Made by a program: the position numbers and the translations under genes. DNA of 64,000 bases, from the NCBI GenBank assembly GCA_963702205.1, contig OY969724.1, positions 3,136,001 to 3,200,000 of the forward strand, in the 5' to 3' direction. The notes under the pieces were generated by a model. The model was not told the DNA's origin. It saw nothing but the letters and a program-made list of their open reading frames with translations, and made no database searches. Source of the stretch: an uncultured candidate division Zixibacteria bacterium (GTDB lineage: Bacteria > Zixibacteria > MSB-5A5 > GN15 > PGXB01). Of the stretch, positions 19,409 through 29,676 are shown in pieces; the stretch's first letter is position 1, and every line of letters starts with the position of its first letter.

Positions 19409-20923
19409 TTATTCATCACCGAGATGCAACGCCACGGTTCTGCTCCAGCCGTATTCGTACAACTGGAAGTATGCTTTATCTGAATCTATGCGTGAAACAT
19501 AACCCTTTTTCACTTTGTCGCCTTCACTGAGGATGTATCCGAAACCGTCCATATCTTCGAGCAGAGCCCGGTTTTTGCCGTTAGCGGCTTCGATCACGCC
19601 GACCAGTCGCAGCGCTTCGATATCGGGGACTCTCTTTTGCATCTGCGAATCGGTCTTCTTGGTATCGTCGATCAGCGTCTTGAAAGGATCACGGGACATA
19701 CCCGGAGTGTACTTGATAACCATACGGGTCGGGAATTGCGCGACAATAGTACCTTTCAATTTGGCCGGGAGGCTCGGTTGCCGACGGAAACGCGAGGTCG
19801 GTTTGGTATTTTCTGCCGGAGCGTTTCCGGGGACGATTTCCGCGGTATCCGGGGGCGTCGGGCTGGCACCGGCCAGCATGGGCTTATCCGACGACGGTGA
19901 CGGTTCTTCGGCGGTCACCGGCCTGGATTTCTTAAATGGCTTGTCTTTTTCTTTCTTCTCGGTCTTGGCAGGTTCGACCTTCTTATCACCCTGATCGGAT
20001 TTGGCCGGAGCATCATCTTTCTCAAGAGCTTCGTTCCGGTCGGGCTGATTGGGTTCGGTCGATTTCTGCGTCGGCTTTTCTTCGACAGGCTTGTCCGGCT
20101 CGTTCTGAGCTATTTCGACGGGCTTGTCGGCCTTCGACTGCATCATCCATTTCTGAGTCTGATTCTTATCAATGTCCAGAAATGAAGACTTCTGAGCCTG
20201 GTAATACGTCGCCACTTCTGGGGCCGGAGCCGGTTTTGTCACTGCCGGTTGCGGCTGCGGCGTCGGTTCGGGCTTATTGACCTGCTTATCTATTTTAGGC
20301 TCGATTTTTTGAGCCATAGGCTGATTTTCCGGCTTGTCTTCGGTCGGCGAACCCATCGACGGCGGTTCGTGTTTCGCCATCTGAGGTTTTTCTTCGACAA
20401 CGGGTTTTTTCATGTCGGATTTTTTTGTATCGCTAACCGCGACCGATTTCTCAAATGAGGCTTTGGCAGGCTGCGACTTCGATGGTTCGGTCCAACTGGC
20501 CCACTGGGGATACGGTTGGCTGTTCTTGTCCGGCAGATAAACCCAGATTTCGTTGTTTTTCTTTTCTATTCTATAGGGAACCGATTCTTTGAGGTCGAAT
20601 ACGATTCGCACGACTTTTTCAGGGCTGACCGCAAACTGGCTGGACCGGATCGAGGTCACTATTGAAGGCGGCAGGTTGTCGAAAGCTTTGCTGCCGAGGT
20701 CGTGCACGGCCGGAAATATGTCGACCAGCACCCGGTACGGTCTCCCTTCGACTTTCTCCGGAATCTCGTGGGTGTACTGGAACGGTCCGGTCGCGTATAT
20801 CTTGCATACGGTTTCCTGACCGATCTTCTCCAGCGAGACTCGGCTGACGTCGACTTCGGCCGCCATGCTTACCGTCGCCATCAGGACGACGGCAAAAACT
20901 ATATACAAAAATTTGGTTTTCAT
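19409..20923 (-). CDS. AMIN domain - Pro/Lys/Glu-rich linker - PilP-like domain fusion
   Basis: N-terminal PYRVLVDI..IRSSQF..VVRIVFDL (AMIN-like); C-terminal RDPF..LRLVGVI..ALLED..GYIL..GD.V..G.V.RI (PilP-like); sits between pilO and pilQ. Confidence 0.75.
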   Translation of the reverse strand: MKTKFLYIVFAVVLMATVSMAAEVDVSRVSLEKIGQETVCKIYATGPFQYTHEIPEKVEGRPYRVLVDIFPAVHDLGSKAFDNLPPSIVTSIRSSQFAVSPEKVVRIVFDLKESVPYRIEKKNNEIWVYLPDKNSQPYPQWASWTEPSKSQPAKASFEKSVAVSDTKKSDMKKPVVEEKPQMAKHEPPSMGSPTEDKPENQPMAQKIEPKIDKQVNKPEPTPQPQPAVTKPAPAPEVATYYQAQKSSFLDIDKNQTQKWMMQSKADKPVEIAQNEPDKPVEEKPTQKSTEPNQPDRNEALEKDDAPAKSDQGDKKVEPAKTEKKEKDKPFKKSRPVTAEEPSPSSDKPMLAGASPTPPDTAEIVPGNAPAENTKPTSRFRRQPSLPAKLKGTIVAQFPTRMVIKYTPGMSRDPFKTLIDDTKKTDSQMQKRVPDIEALRLVGVIEAANGKNRALLEDMDGFGYILSEGDKVKKGYVSRIDSDKAYFQLYEYGWSRTVALHLGDE

Positions 20924-20940
20924 AATTTTTTATCCGCCTC

Positions 20941-21558
20941 CTATAATACCAGTTCCTGAAGTCGTTCATCGGCCTTGACATAATATGTGGAAAGCTTGAA
21001 ACTCGCCGTCATGGTCGGCTTGGAACCGACTTCCTTCGGGCCCGTATCGGCTTCGGTCGTCGCGATATTGGCGGCCGTGGTGGTCTCCAGCTTCATTTCG
21101 GATATATTCGCGATAAACGGGAAATTGGCTACATAGCCGATAAACTTCCCGAAATCGTTGTACGTTCCCGTCATTTCGATTTTGAACCCGGCCACATTAT
21201 AGAACTGTTCCGGAACCACCTCCAGGGGTTCTATTTTCGTGATGCGCGTTCCGGTCAGAGATGAAGCCGTGTGCAATTGCACCAGAAACGACGGAATCTG
21301 CTTTACTTCCGGGAGGAGTTGTTCGATGTCCTGATAACGGCTCAGGAGATCTTCGTATTCCAGCTTGAGAGCTTCCAGCGATTTGGATTTCATCTCCACG
21401 TTCTTCAGATTAGTAATCATGGTGGAGTATTCGGCCGTCAACTGATTAAGCTGGTTATTATATTTGGTATAAACACGGTTATACCAAAAATAGACAACCA
21501 CACCGAAAGCGATAACCGCGATGGCTATTTTCTGAACTTTGGGATCTCTGAAATCCAT
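20941..21558 (-). CDS. pilO: Type IV pilus assembly protein PilO
   Basis: N-terminal TM helix, coiled coil, LLPEVKQIPSFL, G.Y.DFG.F. Confidence 0.88.
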   Translation of the reverse strand: MDFRDPKVQKIAIAVIAFGVVVYFWYNRVYTKYNNQLNQLTAEYSTMITNLKNVEMKSKSLEALKLEYEDLLSRYQDIEQLLPEVKQIPSFLVQLHTASSLTGTRITKIEPLEVVPEQFYNVAGFKIEMTGTYNDFGKFIGYVANFPFIANISEMKLETTTAANIATTEADTGPKEVGSKPTMTASFKLSTYYVKADERLQELVL

Positions 21559-21574
21559 AACTTCACTCTCTCAT

Positions 21575-22288
21575 CTATGAGCCACTGGTGACAGTCACCT
21601 GTTCCGCGGCCAGTTTTTCGAGTTCTTCTGCCGACAGGAAATGAACCGTGCAACCGAGTTCGAAACTGTAGACCTTCTGCTTGCCGAGTTCGACCTGTTC
21701 GGTGTTGCGTAAATCGACATTATCGAAATAGTCCGATCGCATCAGCTTGATCATAAACGAGGCCAGGGCGTTCAGAGTAAACGAGAACCCCTCGATCTTG
21801 ACGTCGCGCGTGGGAGGCAGGCCGGCTCCGGCCTGGGCCACGGTAACGGTATCGGTCTTGGCCATGTTTTTGGAGTTAGCCGCGGTCTTGGGAGCGGCTA
21901 TCGCAGTCGGGGCGACTTCTTCGAATTTCGACAGCCAGATGAAGTCCGGAACGTCACCGGACAAATCTTCCAGCAGCTTCACCCAGGCGCTCCGATGGCG
22001 GTCCAGCTTTTCGACAGCCGACATACGATCGGTAATCTTGGTTTTAATATCATTGAGAGCATCGACCAGTTGAATGTCCTTTTGCAGTTGCATGGTCCGG
22101 GCCCGGGCGATTTCCATCTGGCCCTTGAGTTCGCTGATCTGATGCATCTGGTATAACGAAATCGCTCCGATCATGAGGAGGACGCCGACCGCGGCGATGG
22201 CGGCATACATGCCGTGCTTGCCAATCGCGAAGCCTCCGGAGCGCTTTTTGAACTGCTTGGGCAGCAGATTTATTTCTATCATCGTCAT
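21575..22288 (-). CDS. pilN: Type IV pilus assembly protein PilN
   Basis: IEINLLP PilM-binding motif, TM helix, VPDFIWL. Confidence 0.9.
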   Translation of the reverse strand: MTMIEINLLPKQFKKRSGGFAIGKHGMYAAIAAVGVLLMIGAISLYQMHQISELKGQMEIARARTMQLQKDIQLVDALNDIKTKITDRMSAVEKLDRHRSAWVKLLEDLSGDVPDFIWLSKFEEVAPTAIAAPKTAANSKNMAKTDTVTVAQAGAGLPPTRDVKIEGFSFTLNALASFMIKLMRSDYFDNVDLRNTEQVELGKQKVYSFELGCTVHFLSAEELEKLAAEQVTVTSGS

Positions 22289-22292
22289 AGCG

Positions 22293-23345
22293 CTACCTTA
22301 CCTTCCTCATTGCCAATCCGACCGGGACGGTCAGGAGAGGGGCGATCTTTTCCGGTTCCAGGTATTGAAACATTTCCGGATCGAAATCTATATTTCTAAG
22401 CGGATTGAGAATTTCCAGCGGTATGCTCAGTTTGGACTGCAGGAACTCCGGCAAAAACGGCACCAGCGCGCCGCCTCCGGAAAGAACCATCCAGTCGATC
22501 CGGTCGACACCGGCCTGAGACTTGAAGTATGAAAAGGCCAGTTCCATTCCGGAAATTAATTCTTCGGTGGCCGAAACGACCGTAGCCTTAAGCATATCCT
22601 GGTCGATGGAATCCTTCATATCACCTTTGATGGCTTTATTGGCCAGCTCGGCGTTGAGCCTGAATTCTTTCTGAATGGAGTTGTAAATTTCGCGCGTCCC
22701 GGCGGAGATGTCACGGGTCGAATGATAAAAGCCTTCGTGGATATAAAGCACGTTGGTCACGTCGTAGCCGATATTCACGAGCACCGTCGTCCGCTCCGGG
22801 TCCACGTCGTAATTGAACAGGTAAGCGTTGAGAGCCGCAAAGGCGTCGACGTCGACCACGGCCGGCTGCAGGCCTGCATCGCTTATCAGTTCGATGAAGG
22901 AATTGAGAAATTCGTTTCGGGCTGCTACCAGGAGAATCTCCTGCTTCTTGGTTTCTTCGTCAACCCGGATTACGTGATGGTGCATCGTCACGTCTTCGAC
23001 GTCGAACGGGGAGCGCTGCTCCGCTTCGAACAAAATGGCCTGCTCCGCTTCGGAGCCGGTTTTCTTGTCGATCGTGAATTTATCGGTAATGACACCATAC
23101 CCGGATATTGAAACCACTACATCCCTGATCTTCGGGTCAACTTCGTCAATCAAAGACTGGATATTGAAAATGACGGCCTCGCGATCCTTGATCTCATCGG
23201 CCACAATAGCCTCGGGCGGAAGCTCCCTCATGCCCAGTGCCGAGACGGCAAAACCATCTTTGAGGCGATCAAGTTTGACCAGCTTGATGGAATTAGCGCC
23301 AACATCCAGACCGACTGCGGTTTTGTTCCTTTTGGTAAGTAGCAT
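22293..23345 (-). CDS. pilM: Type IV pilus assembly protein PilM
   Basis: VGLDVGANSIKLV, EQRSPFD, LLVAAR, VDVDAFA, LSGGGA, VGLAMR. Confidence 0.93.
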   Translation of the reverse strand: MLLTKRNKTAVGLDVGANSIKLVKLDRLKDGFAVSALGMRELPPEAIVADEIKDREAVIFNIQSLIDEVDPKIRDVVVSISGYGVITDKFTIDKKTGSEAEQAILFEAEQRSPFDVEDVTMHHHVIRVDEETKKQEILLVAARNEFLNSFIELISDAGLQPAVVDVDAFAALNAYLFNYDVDPERTTVLVNIGYDVTNVLYIHEGFYHSTRDISAGTREIYNSIQKEFRLNAELANKAIKGDMKDSIDQDMLKATVVSATEELISGMELAFSYFKSQAGVDRIDWMVLSGGGALVPFLPEFLQSKLSIPLEILNPLRNIDFDPEMFQYLEPEKIAPLLTVPVGLAMRKVR

Positions 23346-23532
23346 ATTTGCGTCTCTTTAGTGAAACTTTTTTTTTCAATCTTATTATTCTATCGTCATC
23401 TATTTCATAAAATTAACATCAATCAGTATGGCCCAATCGGATGTACCAGGTTTAATTTCGGGTTAAGGCCGCATTTGCTTTTTTTATCGGCTGAAATGTT
23501 CTTTTTTTTTACTCTAAATAGTTATTTTCCAA

Positions 23533-23562
23533 TAAAAAACCCCCGTCGAAAGGCGGGGGCTT
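23533..23562 (-). terminator. Intrinsic terminator after the pilin gene
   Basis: CCCCCG-TCGAAAGG-CGGGGG hairpin followed by a T-run on the minus strand. Confidence 0.65.
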
Positions 23563-23612
23563 ACCGGAGGATGAGAAAGAGGGAGACCCAATTCTAAAAG
23601 TCTAACACCTTG

Positions 23613-24149
23613 TTAGCCTTGGGGATTGTCCACCGAGGTTGTTCCATCCTGATTGATATACATGATCTTGCACCGGCCCGTAGAGGCTAACACGTTGATC
23701 TGACTCGTCTTATATGATTTTGACGAAGAATAGCGGATTTCCACGTCCCCGGTTTCGGAGGCCGTCCCATTCGGCTGGAAAACCACGGACGAGGTTGTAA
23801 ACGAAGTGTAGCTGCCGGCATAGTTGACTTCCACGCTGTCAACGTCGACTATCGGATCAGCCCCGACGTCGTACTGCGAAGAGCCCGGATTGATTGAATC
23901 CTTGAACATGACAACCAATCCTCTCGAGAAATCGAAATTCACCCCATAGGGCGTCTTTTCCGAAATAGCCATCGACCGGGCCGTTCTGAGCATGGATGTG
24001 ATGTTCTTGGCCTGACTGCGGAAACGAACCTGCTCGATGCCCCGCTCAAAGAACGGAGTGGCCATAGCCGCCAGAATCCCGACAATTACGACTGTCGTCA
24101 TGATCTCTATTAACGTGACACCGATCTGAGACTGCAATTTCTTCTTCAT
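23613..24149 (-). CDS. FimT/GspH-like minor pilin
   Basis: Class III signal MKKKLQSQIG-VTLIEIM with Glu5 and a hydrophobic helix; ARSMAI; VFQPNG. Confidence 0.88.
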   Translation of the reverse strand: MKKKLQSQIGVTLIEIMTTVVIVGILAAMATPFFERGIEQVRFRSQAKNITSMLRTARSMAISEKTPYGVNFDFSRGLVVMFKDSINPGSSQYDVGADPIVDVDSVEVNYAGSYTSFTTSSVVFQPNGTASETGDVEIRYSSSKSYKTSQINVLASTGRCKIMYINQDGTTSVDNPQG

Positions 24150-24190
24150 AATATATACCTGATTTAAGTTTATTCTCTGGCCTTTATATT

Positions 24191-24207
24191 TGCATAACTA
24201 ATGCCGA
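24191..24207 (-). promoter_or_regulatory. Putative sigma54 (-24/-12) promoter of the pilin gene
   Basis: TCGGCATTAGTTATGCA on the minus strand with canonical GG-N10-GC spacing, about 40 nt upstream of the ATG. Confidence 0.5.
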
Positions 24208-24443
24208 TTACTGGAAAAACATAAGAGGCGATTGCAGTTAAATTAGCCGCTTATTTGACAAGCACTTAGAGACGCTTAGCGGAGATTGAATTGTTTTACG
24301 GCCTTTATATCTCGTATAGATTTTAGTGGATATATGGGATTTGTCCCACATATCTTGATATAAACCCATTTTTGATGGAACATAAGGGTAAACAACCTGA
24401 TTTAATACATAAACCCGCCGCCATAGATAACAACCGGGAAATT

Positions 24444-26756
24444 ATGAGAATACTTCGATATTGTTTTATCATAACCTTGCTTCTGGGCCTAAATGCAGTC
24501 GCCGAAACGGGCCCCAATTTCATGGCTTCGGCATTCGTACGCCCTGTGCAGCCGGATAAAATTTATCCCGCCCTGGCGGACAAAATCGCCGCCTCTCCGC
24601 AAGCGCGGATAAAAATCTGGACCTTCTTCACCGACAAAGGTTTTACCGATAATGCCGGCTTCCGTCGGGCCGCCAGCTCCCTGTCCCTGACCGACAGGTC
24701 TATGTCTCGGCGGGCCAAGATGGGTTTGGACGGCATCGTGTTTGCCGACATTCCCGTTTCCGAAAATTATATAGCGAACATAGAAAATCTCGGAGCCGAA
24801 TTCCGCCGATCATCAAAATGGCTGAACGCCGCGAGTTTTGAAATCGACGCAAACCTTCTGGATCGTATCGCCGCCCTGCCGTTCGTGGCCGAGATTCGCC
24901 CGGTGGCCGGTTTTAAAATGGAAAAACCGGTCTCGCCATCTGAGGAACAGTTGAGACTCCCCCCGATTAAAGCTCAATCTGACGCTCTTAATTATGGTGC
25001 GTCATTCGGCCAGGTGAGTATGATCAACGCTCCCGCCCTGCACCAGATGGGTTACAACGGTCAGGGGGTGGTCGTGGCCATTTTCGACACGGGCTTTTTC
25101 AAAGTGCACGACGCCTTCGCCCAAGCCATTGCCGATGGCCGCTTGCTGGCGGAGTATGATTTCATTAACAACGACGGCAATACTCAGAACGAGGGCGACG
25201 ACGTTACCGGGCAAGAGAGCCATGGAACCGAAACTTGGTCGGCGCTCGGTGGAGATGCACCGGGGCACGTGATCGGTCCGGCCTATGGAGCGACGTTCCT
25301 CCTGGCCAAAACCGAAGATATTACCAGCGAAACGCCGGTCGAGGAAGACAACTGGATTGCCGCTCTGGAATGGGCCGACTCTCTTGGCGCGGATATTGTG
25401 TCGTCATCGCTCGGATATATTGATTGGTACACTTATGCAGACCTGAACGGCCTGACGGCCCCCATTACGCTCGCGGCCAATACCGCCGCCGGTCTGGGCA
25501 TACTGGTCTGTAACTCGGCGGGCAATGGCGGCAGCGGCCCCGGAACCATCAACGCCCCGGCCGATGCTTTCAATATCCTGTCCGTTGGAGCGGTACAGCC
25601 CGACCGCACGATCGCGTCGTTTTCTTCGCGGGGACCGACTTATGATGGCCGTATCAAGCCCGAGGTTTGTGCCCAGGGAGTATCGTGCGCTCTGGCCAGT
25701 CACAACGCTGTCAACGCTTACACATCGGGCAACGGGACGTCTTTTTCCTGCCCGCTGGTGGCTGGCGTTGCAGCCCAGCTTCTTTCGGCTCATCCGGAAT
25801 ATACTCCTTATATGTTGCGCGACGCCTTCATGCAGACGGCCGACCGGGCTTCAAGCCCGGACAATAACTATGGCTGGGGCATTATCGATGCCCTGAGGGC
25901 CTTCAACTGGGGAGCTAATTTCACGGTCGACACCGCGTTCGGCGTGGGCAGCCTGACCGTTCAGTTCACCGACAGTTCGTCGGTGACGGCCTCAAGCCGG
26001 ACCTGGTATTTCGGTGACGGAGATTCTTCCACTGCCGTAAATCCCGTGCACTATTATGCTGCGCCCGGCATGTACGATGTTTCGCTGGTGCTGCAATCGG
26101 TAGAAGGCACGTTGGTGCGCCACAAGCTAAATCTGATTGATATTGTCGCCGATACGGTGCAGATAGCCTCGGATTCGGCTTATGCCGGACAGGAACTGGC
26201 CATTTCCATAAACCTGACGAATTTCATTGACCTGAACAGAATTACCATTCCACTGAGCTTTCAGGAAAATGGTCTGGCCCATCTCGACTCGGCTGCGCTG
26301 GGAAACCGGACGGCCGGAGTCAGCCAGTTGTCCGAATTGTATCGCAATGATGCCACCGGTGAAATTACTTTCGAGGCGGTGACGAACAATATGGACAACC
26401 TGATTACCGCCGGGACAGGTGAAATCTTCAAACTGTATTTTTCGACCGATTCCCTGGCCGAATCGGGGACGCTCGATCAACTGACAATAGTTCCGGTCGG
26501 GGGTTACAATCTTGAATTGGCCAATGACAGGTTCGTATATAAGCCGTCCCACACAAGCGGACAGGCCGTCATCAGGACCGTCCTGCGCGGCGATTTCAAC
26601 AATTCCGGGACGCTCAATCTGCTGGACATTCTGGGTATGATCGGTTATTTGTACGAGTCTGGAAGCGCTCCCCTGACCATCGAAAACGGCGATGCCAATT
26701 CGGATAATACCATCTCGCTCACCGATATTCTGACGCTTATAGATATACTATATTAA
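24444..26756 (+). CDS. Secreted S8 (subtilisin) peptidase with PKD, cohesin-like and dockerin domains
   Basis: Catalytic motifs FDTG, HGT, SAGN, GTSFSCP; PKD (FTDSS..WYFGDG..NPVHYY..PG.YDV); C-terminal GDFNNSG.LNLLDI and GDANSD..ISLTDI. Confidence 0.9.
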   Translation: MRILRYCFIITLLLGLNAVAETGPNFMASAFVRPVQPDKIYPALADKIAASPQARIKIWTFFTDKGFTDNAGFRRAASSLSLTDRSMSRRAKMGLDGIVFADIPVSENYIANIENLGAEFRRSSKWLNAASFEIDANLLDRIAALPFVAEIRPVAGFKMEKPVSPSEEQLRLPPIKAQSDALNYGASFGQVSMINAPALHQMGYNGQGVVVAIFDTGFFKVHDAFAQAIADGRLLAEYDFINNDGNTQNEGDDVTGQESHGTETWSALGGDAPGHVIGPAYGATFLLAKTEDITSETPVEEDNWIAALEWADSLGADIVSSSLGYIDWYTYADLNGLTAPITLAANTAAGLGILVCNSAGNGGSGPGTINAPADAFNILSVGAVQPDRTIASFSSRGPTYDGRIKPEVCAQGVSCALASHNAVNAYTSGNGTSFSCPLVAGVAAQLLSAHPEYTPYMLRDAFMQTADRASSPDNNYGWGIIDALRAFNWGANFTVDTAFGVGSLTVQFTDSSSVTASSRTWYFGDGDSSTAVNPVHYYAAPGMYDVSLVLQSVEGTLVRHKLNLIDIVADTVQIASDSAYAGQELAISINLTNFIDLNRITIPLSFQENGLAHLDSAALGNRTAGVSQLSELYRNDATGEITFEAVTNNMDNLITAGTGEIFKLYFSTDSLAESGTLDQLTIVPVGGYNLELANDRFVYKPSHTSGQAVIRTVLRGDFNNSGTLNLLDILGMIGYLYESGSAPLTIENGDANSDNTISLTDILTLIDILY

Positions 26757-27407
26757 GTATTCGGTCAACTGGCAGAAGGTATCCAGCACCAGGTCCGGCT
26801 CAGATTCCATAAATCCGCTATCATTGCCAAAGGGTGACCTGATCCCGATCACAAACACTCCGGCCGCCCGGGCGGCCAGAATATCGTTGACCGTATCGCC
26901 CACCATGACGGTTTGTTCCTTCTTCGCACCCAGTTCGTGCAATATAAATTTAACCTGTTCCGGGTCGGGCTTGATTTCCGAGACATCATCACCGCCGGAC
27001 ACGGCGGCAAAATAGTTCACCCAACCGAGGCGTGATAAAATACTTTCAAGATGTTTGCGACACTTGCTGGTCGCCAGGGCCAGCCTGTGGCCGTTTGCAG
27101 CCAGCAGACTCATAGTCATTTCGACGCCATCGAATGGTCGTGCCGCATTGACAATAACATGGTTGCCAATCTGCCGAAATATCCTTTTGAATGCTTCAAA
27201 ATCGTCGGCCGGATAATCCCCATAAAGAAGCTCAAGAGGAAATCCGATGCATTTCTTGATTTCGTCATCGCTCCGGGAAGGCAGCCCCAGCCGTTCGAAG
27301 GCTCCCCTGGCGGCGGCGATGATCCCGGACGAGGAGTCAATCAGGGTGCCGTCGAGGTCGAATATTATGTTGCACACATTTGCAAATTTATCGCGATTGT
27401 CAGCCAT
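26748..27407 (-). CDS. HAD family phosphatase (phosphoglycolate phosphatase-like)
   Basis: FDLDGTLIDS, ATSK, KPDP, VGDT.ND. Confidence 0.9.
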   Translation of the reverse strand: MADNRDKFANVCNIIFDLDGTLIDSSSGIIAAARGAFERLGLPSRSDDEIKKCIGFPLELLYGDYPADDFEAFKRIFRQIGNHVIVNAARPFDGVEMTMSLLAANGHRLALATSKCRKHLESILSRLGWVNYFAAVSGGDDVSEIKPDPEQVKFILHELGAKKEQTVMVGDTVNDILAARAAGVFVIGIRSPFGNDSGFMESEPDLVLDTFCQLTEYLI

Positions 27408-27813
27408 GTATCTCACTTCCCAAAAATGCGTTGCGGTGTAGATTATCAGCACAAAAAAGCATGTAATTCACAAAAAACAACCCTTTTGATCCACAATTTT
27501 TCGGCGCTGGAATCCGGGGCGGTTCAACCCGGCTAATAATCCCTTGCGCGACAAGGGCTAAACCCTGCGGAAAAATAGATTTCATTTCAATGGTGCATGA
27601 TTCGTATTTATGACGGATGAAACTAATCTCGTACATCCCGGCTTGGCAGACTTCATGCTGTTTACGTATTGCGGAAAAATAAATGAAACGTTAAAATACA
27701 TATGTGCGTTAAATTATTAAAATATAACAACCCCAAAGTTGGCTTCAACCCTTCGAACCCTCATAGAAGTGCGGATGATCGTCAGCCGGGTTTATTGCAT
27801 TGGAGGTAATAAC

Positions 27814-29658
27814 TTGAAAAAGTTCACGCTTACGATACTCGCCTTGACCACGTTTTTGATGGGATTGATCTGGGTCGTCGGCTCCGGTGAAGCGACACCT
27901 CCTCCAAAAACCAATACCGTTTATTTAAGCGGTACGACCGATATAAACGTGGCACCCCAGTCGGAGGCCGCCGGAGAGGTCAAAGAGGAAGATTCCAAAG
28001 AGACGTTTTTCAAGGAAATCAAAAAATTCAATCAGACGGTGTACGATATCAAGAACCGTTATATGGAAGACGTCGACACCCGTCAGCTTATCAATGCCGG
28101 GATACGCGGTATGCTGGACCAGCTCGATCGTTTTTCGGTCCTGATGGAAAAGCAATCGTACGATCGGCTGATGGAATCGACCAGCGGCAAGTACGAAGGT
28201 CTCGGAATAGAAATCGACGCCCGCGACCATTATATTATCGTCGTGACAACGTTTGAGGGCTCGCCCGCGTACAAGAAAGGGCTCCACTCCGGCGACGTTA
28301 TCGAAAAAATCGAAGGCCAGTCGACTTATGATATGACTACCAGCGACGCCTCGCATCTAATGCGCGGCCAGGCCGGCACGGCGATCAACATCTCGATCAA
28401 GCGGCAGGGCATCCCCGACCTGCTCGATTTCAACATCGAACGGGCCGTCATCGAACTCAAATCGGTTAATTTCTATGGAGTCGTCGATAATTCCAACGTC
28501 GGCTATATCCGGCTGTCTCGTTTCGCCGAAGAAACCAGCGCCGAACTGCGTGAAGCGGTCGATAGTCTCAAAAAAGCAGACGTTGGCAGCATTATACTCG
28601 ACCTCCGCTCCAACGGCGGCGGACTTTTGCAGCAGGCGGTGGAAACGGCCGAGTTGTTCATAGAAGAAGGCAAACTGGTTGTTTACACGAAGGGTCAGGA
28701 TCCCAATTCCGAAATACGCCATTATTCCCGTCGTCTGCCGCTTTTCCCTGACAAACCGATGGTTGTCCTCGTGGATGAAGGCACGGCGTCGGCGTCGGAA
28801 ATCGTCTCCGGCTGCCTGCAGGATTGGGACCGCGCCGTCATTATGGGCCAGCCGACGTATGGCAAAGGTTTGGTACAGCAGATATTTCCTATCGGCGACG
28901 ATGACGACGCCAACCTGAAGCTGACTACGGCCAAGTACTATGTTCCGTCGGGCCGCTGCATCCAGCGCCCCGAGCGCCAGAACAAGCCGGGCCACAACCC
29001 CGATGAAATGGCCGCCGTGTCAGATTCTCTGGCCAGCGACAGCCTGTCCGGCGATACTTTGAAAACGGCTGAAAAAGAAATTTACTACACCAACGGTGGG
29101 CGCGTGGTATATGGCGGCGGCGGTATCACGCCCGACGTCGAGCTCGATCCCCCGGCGTATTTGACGCCGATCGAGATTAATCTCGAACGTCAATCGCTGT
29201 TCTTCGATTTTGCGGTGGCTTACGTGGCCGAACATCCCGATTTGGGCCTCAATTTTGAAGTGACCGATGATATGATCAGTGAATTCAAGAAATTCATCAA
29301 GAGCAAGGACTTCACCTATAAAACGGCAATGGAAGTCTCTCTCGACAACATGAAGAAAGTGGTCGACGATGAAGACAAGGGTCCGCTTTTCAGCAAGTAC
29401 ATCGGCGAATTGGAAGGTCAGATTGAAAAAGAGAAAGATTCGGACTTTACCAAATCGCGGGATTATATAGCCAAATCGATCAGGCGCGAACTGGTCGCCA
29501 ATCTCGGCGGACAGCGTGCCGTCTATGAGCAGATCATACTTAAGACCGATCCTTCCGTCCAGAAGGCCGTGAAGCTGCTGGAAAATCCGGAAGATTACAG
29601 CGCCAAATTCACGACCAAGGGTACGACAGGTCAGAAACCCGACGAAGGAAGCAATTGA
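27814..29658 (+). CDS. ctpA: S41A carboxyl-terminal processing protease
   Basis: PDZ (GLGIEI, SPAYKKGL..GD), DLRSNGGG, TASASEIV, GKGLVQ, TAKYY.PSGR; TTG start after GGAGG. Confidence 0.92.
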   Translation: MKKFTLTILALTTFLMGLIWVVGSGEATPPPKTNTVYLSGTTDINVAPQSEAAGEVKEEDSKETFFKEIKKFNQTVYDIKNRYMEDVDTRQLINAGIRGMLDQLDRFSVLMEKQSYDRLMESTSGKYEGLGIEIDARDHYIIVVTTFEGSPAYKKGLHSGDVIEKIEGQSTYDMTTSDASHLMRGQAGTAINISIKRQGIPDLLDFNIERAVIELKSVNFYGVVDNSNVGYIRLSRFAEETSAELREAVDSLKKADVGSIILDLRSNGGGLLQQAVETAELFIEEGKLVVYTKGQDPNSEIRHYSRRLPLFPDKPMVVLVDEGTASASEIVSGCLQDWDRAVIMGQPTYGKGLVQQIFPIGDDDDANLKLTTAKYYVPSGRCIQRPERQNKPGHNPDEMAAVSDSLASDSLSGDTLKTAEKEIYYTNGGRVVYGGGGITPDVELDPPAYLTPIEINLERQSLFFDFAVAYVAEHPDLGLNFEVTDDMISEFKKFIKSKDFTYKTAMEVSLDNMKKVVDDEDKGPLFSKYIGELEGQIEKEKDSDFTKSRDYIAKSIRRELVANLGGQRAVYEQIILKTDPSVQKAVKLLENPEDYSAKFTTKGTTGQKPDEGSN

Positions 29659-29676
29659 TCGGATAGAACCAGAACT

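Noticed and set aside
24178..24195. Plus-strand sigma54 motif TGGC..TTGCA upstream of the S8 gene
   Set aside because: GG-to-GC spacing is one base longer than the strict -24/-12 requirement.
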